Origin: a virus
Reading direction: 5' to 3' (one strand)
Length of the DNA: 64,000 bases
Virus record (IMG/VR): IMGVR_UViG_3300021364_001752
Coordinates: 16,456-80,455 of that record
The position numbers and the translations under genes were made by a program. Each line of letters starts with the position of its first letter. The first letter of the stretch is position 1. The notes beneath the pieces are model-generated. The model did not search any database, was not told the DNA's origin, and saw only the letters and a program-made list of their open reading frames with translations. This document shows positions 9,426-18,427 of the stretch, one piece after another.

Positions 9426-10553
9426 ATGTTTAAAACAATCGCCGCATCGATGATGCGGTTTTCAGCGTTAGCAGCGTTGGCATTGACTATTCTCACTCCA
9501 TCACAAGCAGCAGCAGAAACCAAAGTAGGTTTTGTTTACGTAGGTCCAGTTGGCGACCTTGGTTGGACATACCGCCATGACATTGGACGTCAAGCTGTAG
9601 AACAAGCATACGGTGATGAAGTTTCTACTACCTACCTAGAAAACGTGCCAGAAGGTCCTGAAGCAGTTGAAGCAATTACTCAACTTGCAGAAGCTGGACA
9701 CGATATTATCTTTACGACCTCTTTTGGATTCATGGATGCAACCAACGAAGTTGCTTCTAGATATCCAGACATTGCATTTGAACATGCAACTGGTTATATT
9801 CGCGAAACTGAAAACATGGCTACCTTTGGAGCACGTTTTTATGAAGGGCGTGTTGTAGAAGGCATGCTTGCAGCGGAAATGACCAAAACCAACAAGATTG
9901 GTTACATCGCATCATTCCCTATTCCAGAAGTGGTGCGCGGTATCAACGCATTTATGTTGGAAGCACAAAAGCACAATCCAGATGTTGAAGTTGACATTGT
10001 TTGGGTTTACACCTGGTTCAACCCAGCAGTTGAAGCATCAGCAGCACAGGCATTGATTGATGAAGGTGCTGATATCATTGTGCAGCATACAGACTCGCCA
10101 GCGCCATTAAGTATTGCAGAAAAAGCTGGTGTATACGGATTCGGACAAGCGTCAAACATGAGCCGCTTTGGTCCTAGTGCGCATCTTGTGAGTATTGTAG
10201 ATGATTGGGATAGTTACTATGTTGACCGTGTAGGTGAAGTTATCAACGGCACCTGGGAAGGCGGAGACACCTGGTGGGGTCTTACCAAAGACGGTCAAGG
10301 TGGCGAAAAGGGTATGGTAGCCCTTGAGAGCTACAATGTCGAAGTGCTTGGACAGGATCTAGTCGATCGTGCCATTGCACTTGAAGAGTCACTTGCTAAT
10401 GGTGAGCGTCACGCATTTCCATGTGAAGGATTGTTTATGCAAGACGGTTCGGTTCCAGAGGACTGTGCAAATGGCGAAGAGCATCTTACAGATGGAACTT
10501 TGCTTGGTATGAATTGGTATGTAAAAGGAATTGACGCATCCCTTCCAAACTAA
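9426..10553 (+). CDS. BMP-family (purine nucleoside) ABC substrate-binding protein
   Basis: Signal peptide; KVGFVYVGPVGDLGWTY.HD.GR, FTTSFG, GADIIVQHTDS. Confidence 0.92.
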   Translation: MFKTIAASMMRFSALAALALTILTPSQAAAETKVGFVYVGPVGDLGWTYRHDIGRQAVEQAYGDEVSTTYLENVPEGPEAVEAITQLAEAGHDIIFTTSFGFMDATNEVASRYPDIAFEHATGYIRETENMATFGARFYEGRVVEGMLAAEMTKTNKIGYIASFPIPEVVRGINAFMLEAQKHNPDVEVDIVWVYTWFNPAVEASAAQALIDEGADIIVQHTDSPAPLSIAEKAGVYGFGQASNMSRFGPSAHLVSIVDDWDSYYVDRVGEVINGTWEGGDTWWGLTKDGQGGEKGMVALESYNVEVLGQDLVDRAIALEESLANGERHAFPCEGLFMQDGSVPEDCANGEEHLTDGTLLGMNWYVKGIDASLPN

Positions 10554-10734
10554 CCAATTTATATGTTGTCATCCATTATGATGATAGAGACTGGTGGGCA
10601 CCGCCTAAAACGGTGTCTGCTAGACTGCCCTACGAAAATGCAATGGATGAGCTCGCTAGGTTAAATGCAATGGCTGGTCCACCGGACAAATATCAAGTTA
10701 TGATGATTGAATGCCATCGGCCTGGTAAGAAATA

Positions 10735-10763
10735 AAAAAGGGGGAGTGTAAAAACTCCCCTTT
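10735..10763. terminator. Bidirectional intrinsic terminator
   Basis: A-tract, GGGGAGT-GTAAAA-ACTCCCC, TTT; lies between convergent genes. Confidence 0.8.
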
Positions 10764-10778
10764 AGTTTTGCGCTTTTT

Positions 10779-11786
10779 TTAAAAAGTTTTACCTATTTTT
10801 TCTTCGTCGTGGTCAGCGCCGAAAAACTCTTTGTAGGTATCAGGATTTATAATGACCTTAAGTTTATCTTCAAGGTTTAATGATTTATACCATTCTTTGA
10901 AATTGTTGCCAAATGTGTCTACGTCATCACCAATTTCAACAGTTGCATTTACCCAGCCAGTGTTTCTTTTCCTGTCCGGATCTACGTAATATTTTACTTC
11001 AGGCCAACGGCTTGCCATATCGTCAAGAAAGTCTTTTTTGTTGATAAGTGCATAAAGTTTTTTTAGCTTTTCAACATCATCGTTTTGATGGAACGCTATA
11101 AGTATACCCTGTAACACTATATCATCTTGTGGATTTTTAATGTATTTAGAAAGTTTTTCTACTCTGTAGTGTGCCAATCTACGTAGTTCAATAGCTGATT
11201 CAATAGATAACTTGCTACGTAGAGCAAAGGTGGTTGCTACAGCGTCAAGTTTATCTTGATCGTCCATTTGCGCTAAAGTCATATCCCAATCTCTGTTGGC
11301 TCGAACTTCCTTATACATCGGAATATTGTAAGCATCGTATCGTTGACTGCCTTGCGATCTTCGGCGTGGAGGAGTTGTAGTAGATCTGCCTTGATCAAAA
11401 CCTGATGCATCTCTATCGCCTCTAGCTCTACGTCTTCCTTTACCAGGATTCATCCATTGATAATGTTGACCAGCAATTGCAACCATACCAGTGACTAGAT
11501 TGCCTAATTTATCTAATAGTTGCTTAGTTTTAGATGAAGGACCAGCTGCCCGTCTTGAACCTCTAGGCGAATCAAATTCATCTCCATATGCTCTTGGTGG
11601 TGCATCAAATTCGTCGCCGTAGTTTGCACCTGGTGGTGCATCAAATTCATCTCCATATGTTGCACCTGGACCTGCTGAAAATTCATCACCGTATGTAGCA
11701 GGTGTTCTTGCTGACATCATACGGTCAAATGCATCTCTCGAGGATGGCATGCGTGGATCTTCACTAAGGATATCAATAATTTTCAT
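10779..11786 (-). CDS. Late protein with capsid-targeting-like leader MKIIDILSE and YGDEF repeats
   Basis: TAAATA and GGAG RBS upstream of ATG 11786; four YGDEF units. Confidence 0.7.
   Translation of the reverse strand: MKIIDILSEDPRMPSSRDAFDRMMSARTPATYGDEFSAGPGATYGDEFDAPPGANYGDEFDAPPRAYGDEFDSPRGSRRAAGPSSKTKQLLDKLGNLVTGMVAIAGQHYQWMNPGKGRRRARGDRDASGFDQGRSTTTPPRRRSQGSQRYDAYNIPMYKEVRANRDWDMTLAQMDDQDKLDAVATTFALRSKLSIESAIELRRLAHYRVEKLSKYIKNPQDDIVLQGILIAFHQNDDVEKLKKLYALINKKDFLDDMASRWPEVKYYVDPDRKRNTGWVNATVEIGDDVDTFGNNFKEWYKSLNLEDKLKVIINPDTYKEFFGADHDEEKIGKTF
11571..11700 (-). repeat. Four tandem coding repeats YGDEF(S/D)(A/S)(G/P)(P/R)
   Basis: TYGDEFSAGPGA TYGDEFDAPPGA NYGDEFDAPPRA YGDEFDSP. Confidence 0.9.
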
Positions 11787-11993
11787 TGTGTTCTCCGTGT
11801 TACAGTATTTACCTTGCCTATCAAAACCATGCATGCCTTTAAATGGGTAATATTTGCAAGAAAACCTATTGCTCCAAGCGAAGGTATATAAACGCATTGT
11901 TTACCATGCCTGCTACACTTTAGCGCAGTTCTACAACTTGACATTGTAAAATTTGTATGCTATATATTAATACTTAGACACACGGAGATTAAT

Positions 11994-12197
11994 ATGAGTG
12001 ATACTGTAAGAGCAGCAGCACAAAAGCAAGCCGAAGAAGCAATGGATGGATTTATCCTATGGAGCAAACGAGTCACACTGTGGAGCGCATTCTTTTTATG
12101 TGTTGTTGTATTTGCTTGTAACTCAGGCGTAGACGGCAGTGGCAGTGGTTATAACGGAGAACAATATTCTCCTAGCAACTTGAATGTTAAAAAATGA
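11994..12197 (+). CDS. aa3-type cytochrome c oxidase subunit IV-like single-TM peptide
   Basis: EAMDGFILWSKRVTLWSAFFLCVVVFACNS resembles the Paracoccus CtaH pattern (GFI-TM-NS); TTGACA-17-TATATA upstream. Confidence 0.5.
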   Translation: MSDTVRAAAQKQAEEAMDGFILWSKRVTLWSAFFLCVVVFACNSGVDGSGSGYNGEQYSPSNLNVKK

Positions 12198-12430
12198 AGT
12201 GGTTAATCGTATTTGCAATGTTGGAAGCAGATCCATTTGCAATAAAAAGTTTACAATTTGACACACAAAACGAATGCAAAGCATATATCAATGATCCTGC
12301 TAACAGCAGCAGACTTGCAATAGAAGTGATTGATGTGGCAGGATTTAACGATACAATATTAAATGTGGCTTGTATGCCCGCAAACAAAATTACGAGGGAG
12401 ATGTTGAATGAAACCGAACAAGAAGTTTGA
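12194..12430 (+). CDS. Small secreted protein with a Cys pair (F.T..EC...VAC)
   Basis: Hydrophobic N-terminus; similar layout to 49235-49429. Confidence 0.6.
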   Translation: MKWLIVFAMLEADPFAIKSLQFDTQNECKAYINDPANSSRLAIEVIDVAGFNDTILNVACMPANKITREMLNETEQEV

Positions 12431-12572
12431 GTTATCAGTAAAAGATTTAGAACTTATCGAGAATGCACTGCACAGACTAGAACCAACTCGAGAAGTTCAG
12501 GAACTTTTAGGACGACTACACAATCAAAAGAATTGGTATCGTCCAAAAGACGCAATCTATGTAGGAGGATAA
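12408..12572 (+). CDS. 54-aa conserved hypothetical protein resembling a Rhodobacteraceae family (not in ORF track)
   Basis: MKPNKKFELSVKDLELIENAL..LLGRLHNQKNWYRPKDAIYVGG; GGGAG RBS. Confidence 0.7.
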   Translation: MKPNKKFELSVKDLELIENALHRLEPTREVQELLGRLHNQKNWYRPKDAIYVGG

Positions 12573-12574
12573 AG

Positions 12575-13009
12575 ATGCGGATTTTAACTACACTAGGACT
12601 ACTGTTAGTAATGGCAACAAGTGCCTTTGCTGAATCAAGGACAGTTGAAATGTGGAACAAGGACCCAGAAGACAAAAAGCGTAAGATGGTGTTCTCAGAA
12701 GAAATCGTCGTTATTGAACCAGGCGAATCAGTTACTTGGTTAGCAACAGACAAAGGTCACAATGTGCAATTTATTGACGGTCCAGATGGCTACGAACTGC
12801 CAAAGAAATCAAAGATTTCAAAAGACGTTACAATTACATTTGATACTCCAGGTGTTTATGTTTATGTTTGCACACCACACGCAACAATGGGCATGATTGG
12901 AATGATCATAGTAGGAGATTTAACTCAAGAAGGAGTTGATGCAATACGTGACGCAAAGTTACGTGGAAAAAGCAAAAAGAAGTTTAAACAACTTTTGAGC
13001 GAACTGTAA
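12575..13009 (+). CDS. Pseudoazurin (type-1 copper protein)
   Basis: Signal peptide; DKGHNV, Y.CTPHATMGM copper ligands. Confidence 0.92.
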   Translation: MRILTTLGLLLVMATSAFAESRTVEMWNKDPEDKKRKMVFSEEIVVIEPGESVTWLATDKGHNVQFIDGPDGYELPKKSKISKDVTITFDTPGVYVYVCTPHATMGMIGMIIVGDLTQEGVDAIRDAKLRGKSKKKFKQLLSEL

Positions 13010-13192
13010 ACACATTTTGCTTTAAAGTGTTGTTTTTAAGCAACACTCACTGGTTTTATAATACTATCCACAGGGTAATATGCTCATAAAACTTACAAAG
13101 CAAAATTAGTGTGTTATAAATAAAGAGTAATTTGAAAGGGCACCTTTTGCGCCCTTTCATTTTGCCTCATAATAAAAAGAAGGAAAAATATT

Positions 13193-14044
13193 ATGCGCAA
13201 GGTATTTACCATTTTAGCGGCTACCATGGTAGCTGGTGTAGCTTCAGCACAAGAAGCACCAGCACCGACAGTCGTAATGCCAGTTGTAAGTGGCGAAGTT
13301 TCACTAGATTTTGCTGAAACTGCAGGCGGTTCAATTGGCGGCACTATGGGTCTTGATTTAGGTATTGATGCAGGCGATATTGCTTACATCGATCTTGGTC
13401 TAAGTGCAACCGACGGAAATGCAGTTACACTAGATAACTGGGAAGTCGGAACCGAACTAGGCGGTGTAGGCGTTGCATTAGGTGACGACATTAACCTATT
13501 CTCAGAAGCAGAAGATGGTTCAACACTTTCTGCACCAGGCGGCGCCGAGTCAGTTAAAGTTACTGTAGGCGGTGCAGCAGTTGCAGTTGGTCTAACTGAC
13601 TGGACAACCGACGTTACTGATTTTAGCAATGTTCAGGGTTCATACACCATCGGTGATGTATCAGAACTATCAGCTATAACAGTAGCAGGTGAAATGGATC
13701 TAGCAGACGATACACTATTGCTAGGTGCAAGTGCTGGTTATGGCTTCAATGACATTGGCCTTACTGGACATCTTACTTGGGAAGAAGCAGGTTATGTATC
13801 AGACACAGTAGCTGGAACTTCAAGTGACCTAATTGGTTACGAAGTTGTTGCTAGCCTTGGTTCACTAACTGCTTATGCCAACGGCAACAACCAGTCAATT
13901 GACGAGGCTGACGTTGAGTGGATCCAAAACATTGGTGCTTCATATGAGTATGGACTAGGTGGTGCAACATTCACTGCCGGTGCAAACTACGATATGGTTG
14001 CACAAGAACTTGCTCCAACAGCAGGTATCAGCTTCAGCTTCTAA
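13193..14044 (+). CDS. Outer-membrane porin (Rhodobacter-like)
   Basis: Signal peptide, amphipathic beta strands, C-terminal GISFSF; TATAAATA at 13115, 5' hairpin, terminator. Confidence 0.75.
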   Translation: MRKVFTILAATMVAGVASAQEAPAPTVVMPVVSGEVSLDFAETAGGSIGGTMGLDLGIDAGDIAYIDLGLSATDGNAVTLDNWEVGTELGGVGVALGDDINLFSEAEDGSTLSAPGGAESVKVTVGGAAVAVGLTDWTTDVTDFSNVQGSYTIGDVSELSAITVAGEMDLADDTLLLGASAGYGFNDIGLTGHLTWEEAGYVSDTVAGTSSDLIGYEVVASLGSLTAYANGNNQSIDEADVEWIQNIGASYEYGLGGATFTAGANYDMVAQELAPTAGISFSF

Positions 14045-14067
14045 GCAATAGAAGAAAAACAAGTATC

Positions 14068-14094
14068 AAGGGGCGTTTCGGCGCCCCTTTATTT
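14068..14094 (+). terminator. Intrinsic terminator
   Basis: AAGGGGCGT-TTCG-GCGCCCCTT-TATTT. Confidence 0.9.
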
Positions 14095-14135
14095 GTGACT
14101 AAATAATACGGGCATATTACTTTAGGAGGGCAGAA

Positions 14136-14618
14136 ATGCAACAAAACGAATATGATGTAGTGCTACTCAAATGTGTAGATGGAGATACAGTTGATGTAGA
14201 TATTGACCTAGGCTTTGGCGTATGGTTAAAAGATGAACGTGTTAGAATAATGGGTATTGATACACCAGAATCACGCACAAGAGACAAAGTAGAAAAACTT
14301 TTTGGCACAGCAGCAAAAGAAAGACTCAAAGAATTATTAGCAGAAGGCGGCAAACTAATCACTACAGAAAACAAAGACGGTGAAGATATGAAAGGCAAGT
14401 TCGGACGTATCCTAGGCGACTTTTATGTAGAGCGTTACGAAGGACAGCGTGAAAAAGTAACAGACATTATGATCGAAGAAGGACATTGTGTTGCTTACTT
14501 CGGCGGTAGCAAAGAAGAAATTGCAATGAAGCACATGGCCAATAGAGAGAAGTTATTACGTGAAGGTGTGGTAAGTAGAGAAGCATATGAAGAAGCTCAA
14601 AACCTAATGGAGGACTGA
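14136..14618 (+). CDS. SNase-like (thermonuclease) endonuclease
   Basis: VDGDTVD, RVRIMGIDTPE, KFGRILG. Confidence 0.9.
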   Translation: MQQNEYDVVLLKCVDGDTVDVDIDLGFGVWLKDERVRIMGIDTPESRTRDKVEKLFGTAAKERLKELLAEGGKLITTENKDGEDMKGKFGRILGDFYVERYEGQREKVTDIMIEEGHCVAYFGGSKEEIAMKHMANREKLLREGVVSREAYEEAQNLMED

Positions 14619-14619
14619 A

Positions 14620-14874
14620 TTGTTCAATACCAGACCGTCAACTATACGAGAAATACAAAGTTGGATTCACGGAAGAAAAAGTGCTGCAAGAGCAGAGCTT
14701 AAAAACACAGAGCCAGGCACCGAAAAGTATGATTACCTACTAGGTCGCTTGGCTTACTACGATGAATGGTCACAAAAATATGGATCTTTAATAGGAAAAA
14801 AGATGCCACCTAAGCGTGATCGTAGTAATGAAAAAAACCTGCCAGAACATTTGAAAACCAAAAAAAGAACTTGA
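14620..14874 (+). CDS. Hypothetical protein
   Basis: TTG start after GGAGG. Confidence 0.55.
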   Translation: MFNTRPSTIREIQSWIHGRKSAARAELKNTEPGTEKYDYLLGRLAYYDEWSQKYGSLIGKKMPPKRDRSNEKNLPEHLKTKKRT

Positions 14875-14928
14875 CAAACACTGACTATCTGCTATAATGA
14901 AAGAACAGTAACAACGCAGGAGTCTAAT

Positions 14929-15291
14929 ATGAGTATGCATCTTGTAGGTCCACATATGACCACAACCAATTACAAGAAACGCAAACAGAAAGGTCTTACA
15001 AAAAGAGATCGTCAAGCTCAAGTTGAACACGAAGCATGGCTTAAGAAGATGGGTGTGCATCCAACACAGATCAAACCCAAGAGTCAGCCGTTGCAAACAA
15101 AAAACAATTACCAGCGTAATCCTGACATTCCTAGTTGCAGCGATAAGATTGATGGCTATGCACCTAAGAAAGAGTCACAACAGTATACAGGCACGTATAT
15201 CACTGGTATTGCAACCATGCATAAATCTAACATGGTTCCTATTAGCAATAAGAAAGATGCTATTGAAGTTGCTAGAATGCGCAGAGGTTAA
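14929..15291 (+). CDS. Conserved T4-like phage hypothetical protein
   Basis: YTG..ITGIATMHKSNMVPI..MRR motif; TTGACA-16-TATAAT promoter at 14871-14898. Confidence 0.7.
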   Translation: MSMHLVGPHMTTTNYKKRKQKGLTKRDRQAQVEHEAWLKKMGVHPTQIKPKSQPLQTKNNYQRNPDIPSCSDKIDGYAPKKESQQYTGTYITGIATMHKSNMVPISNKKDAIEVARMRRG

Positions 15292-15345
15292 ACTGCGCAT
15301 TTATAACCATATTACTTAACCGTAAATAATATATGAGGTATAATA

Positions 15346-15837
15346 ATGAAAACTCTAATCTTAGTGTTGGCAGGTGTTTTGATGGCTAGCCAAGTTGTAG
15401 CAGAAAGTTTGTTTGACAAAGATGCACATCCAGATGCCTTTTGTCTTGCACAAAATATATACTACGAAGCACGTGGTAGTAATCTAGCTGACCGAGCAGC
15501 AGTTGCAGATGTAGTTATTAACCGTGTAGAAGATACACGTTATCCTAATACAGTGTGCGAAGTAGTAAAACAAGGACGTAAAGATTCAAACGGAAATATG
15601 ATTAGAAACCAATGCCAATTCAGTTGGTATTGTGATGGAAAAAGTGATAACCCTCAGGATGCCGATCTATGGGCGGATGCACAAATGTTGGCATGGAATG
15701 TGTTTTATTTCGATAAGTATAATGGACTGACCGAAGGTGCAACACACTATCATGCAACTTATGTTTCGCCGAGTTGGGCAAAAGAATTACAATTGGTAGG
15801 AAGAATCGGAGGACATATCTTCTACCGTTGGGAATAG
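15346..15837 (+). CDS. SleB/Hydrolase_2 cell wall hydrolase (lytic transglycosylase)
   Basis: CLAQNIYYEARG, VVINRV, CQFSWYCDGK, GATHYHA, IGGHIFY; signal peptide. Confidence 0.93.
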   Translation: MKTLILVLAGVLMASQVVAESLFDKDAHPDAFCLAQNIYYEARGSNLADRAAVADVVINRVEDTRYPNTVCEVVKQGRKDSNGNMIRNQCQFSWYCDGKSDNPQDADLWADAQMLAWNVFYFDKYNGLTEGATHYHATYVSPSWAKELQLVGRIGGHIFYRWE

Positions 15838-15849
15838 GAATTTCAATAA

Positions 15850-17775
15850 ATGTTTTTAGGTTTACTAGTTTTAATCACGGCCCTATCTATCTCTGCCGTT
15901 GCAATTTATTACAGTGTTAGCGGTCTGGTAGCAATCTTTGCTGCCGCCGCTATACCAATTCTAATCATGGGAGGAGTATTAGAAATAGGAAAACTTGTGA
16001 CTGCTGTTTGGTTGCATAGGTATTGGCGTGAAGCCAAGTGGTGGCTTAAAACTTATCTCAGTATCAGTGTCCTTGTGCTCATGTTTATTACAAGTATGGG
16101 TATTTTTGGTTTCCTATCAAAAGCACACATTGAGCAAACGGCTGCCGCAGAGGAAGGTATTGCTCAATTACAGATTATTGACACAGAAATTGCAAGATCA
16201 CAAGCAATCATTGAAAGAGCAGAAATAAAGATAGAAGAAGCTCTTGCCAGTGTAGGACAAGGCAACGATGCAATACAAGCTCAAATTGACAAAGAGCAAG
16301 AGCGAATTGATACAGCATACGATCGCATTCAGCCTGCTATTGATGAACAAAATGCCATTATAGCCAATGCAAGACAAGACGATGCAAAAAGAACCGAACC
16401 TTATGAGCAACAGCTGGCGTCTTTAGATGTTGAGCTACGCAGTCTAGCAGAGCAAGCCAATCAATATGAAGAACGTATAAGTGCCTTGGTTGTGGATAAC
16501 AGTGCAAGTAATCCGCTATTAGATAATATTGCTCTTATACGTGAAAGTATAACTAGAGTAAACGCACAACTTGCCAGTAGAGAACGTGAGCAAATACGAC
16601 AGGCACAAAGAACTATTGGTGCTAATCCTGATGGATGGGCAGGACAAAATACAAGAAACGCAGCCGATGCATGGATCAATCAACAAAATCTAGTAATTGA
16701 AGATTTACAAGAACAAGTTAGTATTCTAAGAGAAGAAGCACAAACTGAAGTTAACAATGAACGAACAAGGTTGAGCAATCTTGTTGCATCATTGCGAGGG
16801 CAAAAGACAGACGAAATTAAAAGTAGACAACTTGAAATTCTTGCTACCATAGATCAAGTTAGGGGAACAGAATCTCCTATAATTGTTTCAGCAAGAAAAG
16901 AAATATCTAGGCTACGAGAAAGTGCAGATACACAAATTACACAATCAAATGATCTTATACAAAGACTACGTGATAGTCTTACAGTAGGCGTTGATGAAGA
17001 AGTAGAAGCAGAAGTAGAACAGCAACAACAAAAAATTATAGAAGCAAACAATTCTATTGACACACTTACAGAACAAAAGTATACTCTTCAAGCAGAGTAT
17101 AGAAAACTAGAAGCAGAAGTAGGACCAGTAAAATATCTTGCAGAGTTTGTTTACGGAGAAACCGCTAACCAAGATTTACTAGAAGAGGCAGTAAGATGGG
17201 TCATTATTATGATTATTTTTGTATTTGATCCCCTGGCAGTCCTTCTGTTGATAGCAAGCCAGACAACATTCGAAATGCGCCGAGCCAATAAGATGGCTAA
17301 TAAGGAGTATCTTCGGCAAAAAGAGTGGAAAAACTATGAGCAAGCAAGGGCACAAGCTATAGTCAATAATCCTGGCTTCACAGTAGGAGATAAAGATGAC
17401 AATGAAAGCATTGATAATAAGCATGATGAACATGCACAATCCAGAAGTGTCGACAGAGGATCTAGTGACACCAACGGAGCCACCCATGAAGACGGAGCCG
17501 GACCAGGAGAAGATATCCTCGCCTATGCCGAAATGTATCACGATACTGGAACCAACGATAATGGAGGAAGCACTACCGTCGGACTTTCTGACTCCCAAAA
17601 ACAAGAACGAATAAGTGAATTAGAAGAAAAAGAACAGGATCTAAATTATACAGAGCTGAAAAGAAAATGGAAATTGAAATATCCAGATCAGACCGCAAAG
17701 TTTTGGAAAGAGCAATATATACTTGGTAAAATTAACAGTCTTCCTTGGGAAGATTTTGAAAACACATCTGATTAA
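15850..17775 (+). CDS. Multi-TM coiled-coil membrane protein with an internal peptidoglycan-binding motif
   Basis: 3 N-terminal TMs, ITSMGIFGFLSKAH, long coiled coil, QRTIGANPDGWAGQNTRNA, FVFDPLA TM. Confidence 0.7.
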   Translation: MFLGLLVLITALSISAVAIYYSVSGLVAIFAAAAIPILIMGGVLEIGKLVTAVWLHRYWREAKWWLKTYLSISVLVLMFITSMGIFGFLSKAHIEQTAAAEEGIAQLQIIDTEIARSQAIIERAEIKIEEALASVGQGNDAIQAQIDKEQERIDTAYDRIQPAIDEQNAIIANARQDDAKRTEPYEQQLASLDVELRSLAEQANQYEERISALVVDNSASNPLLDNIALIRESITRVNAQLASREREQIRQAQRTIGANPDGWAGQNTRNAADAWINQQNLVIEDLQEQVSILREEAQTEVNNERTRLSNLVASLRGQKTDEIKSRQLEILATIDQVRGTESPIIVSARKEISRLRESADTQITQSNDLIQRLRDSLTVGVDEEVEAEVEQQQQKIIEANNSIDTLTEQKYTLQAEYRKLEAEVGPVKYLAEFVYGETANQDLLEEAVRWVIIMIIFVFDPLAVLLLIASQTTFEMRRANKMANKEYLRQKEWKNYEQARAQAIVNNPGFTVGDKDDNESIDNKHDEHAQSRSVDRGSSDTNGATHEDGAGPGEDILAYAEMYHDTGTNDNGGSTTVGLSDSQKQERISELEEKEQDLNYTELKRKWKLKYPDQTAKFWKEQYILGKINSLPWEDFENTSD

Positions 17776-17780
17776 AACAT

Positions 17781-18173
17781 ATGGCTCACATAAACGTTAT
17801 TACTCCTCCTGACATGTTGCACAATGCTGCATTGACATTTTGTTTGATACAACCTAGCGACAGTATCAAAGAACAGACGCAAAAACTTATAGAAAATTTT
17901 GATGATCCTGTGAACATTTATATCTACGACCCAGAAGCCGAGCAAGACAGAGATTGGGACTGGCTTATCAACACAGCTAGGTTAGCTGATTATACCATAT
18001 TAGATATTGATAATTTAGATGTAATCACACGTAATTTTGCAAGCTATTTCGTCAGCTTGCCAAATGTTTTTTACTTGACAAATGACGAAAACACCCCTTA
18101 TAATAAATTAAGTTTGAACAGAGTTTACAACTTAGATTGGCTTTACGATAAAATCTTAGAGAGGAAAACATGA
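17781..18173 (+). CDS. Hypothetical protein
   Basis: ORF in operon. Confidence 0.6.
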   Translation: MAHINVITPPDMLHNAALTFCLIQPSDSIKEQTQKLIENFDDPVNIYIYDPEAEQDRDWDWLINTARLADYTILDIDNLDVITRNFASYFVSLPNVFYLTNDENTPYNKLSLNRVYNLDWLYDKILERKT

Positions 18174-18418
18174 GCAGATACAATCGCAAACAAAAAAACT
18201 TTGAAGAAGGCATCAAAGGCCTTGCTGTAGAAGTTTACAACAACGACATCAACAAAGCACTTCGCAAGTTCAAAAAGAAAGTGCAAGAGGATGGAATTTT
18301 ACAAGAGCTTCGTAAGCGTGAATATTACGAAAGCAAAGGCACAAAGAAACGTAAAGCCAAAGAAGCTGCAATCCGTCGTCATCGCAAGCAGCGTCTCAAA
18401 GAAGCAGCTAACTGGTAA
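18170..18418 (+). CDS. rpsU: Ribosomal protein bS21
   Basis: NKALRKFKKKVQEDGILQELRKREYYES; own promoter TTGACA-18-TATAAT at 18075-18104. Confidence 0.93.
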   Translation: MSRYNRKQKNFEEGIKGLAVEVYNNDINKALRKFKKKVQEDGILQELRKREYYESKGTKKRKAKEAAIRRHRKQRLKEAANW

Positions 18419-18427
18419 GAGGTAATT

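Noticed and set aside
11787-11897. N-terminal extension of the minus-strand ORF in the track
   Set aside because: Late promoter and GGAG RBS place the start at 11786
13063-13072. DnaA-box-like CTATCCACA
   Set aside because: Single mismatched copy; not evidence of an origin
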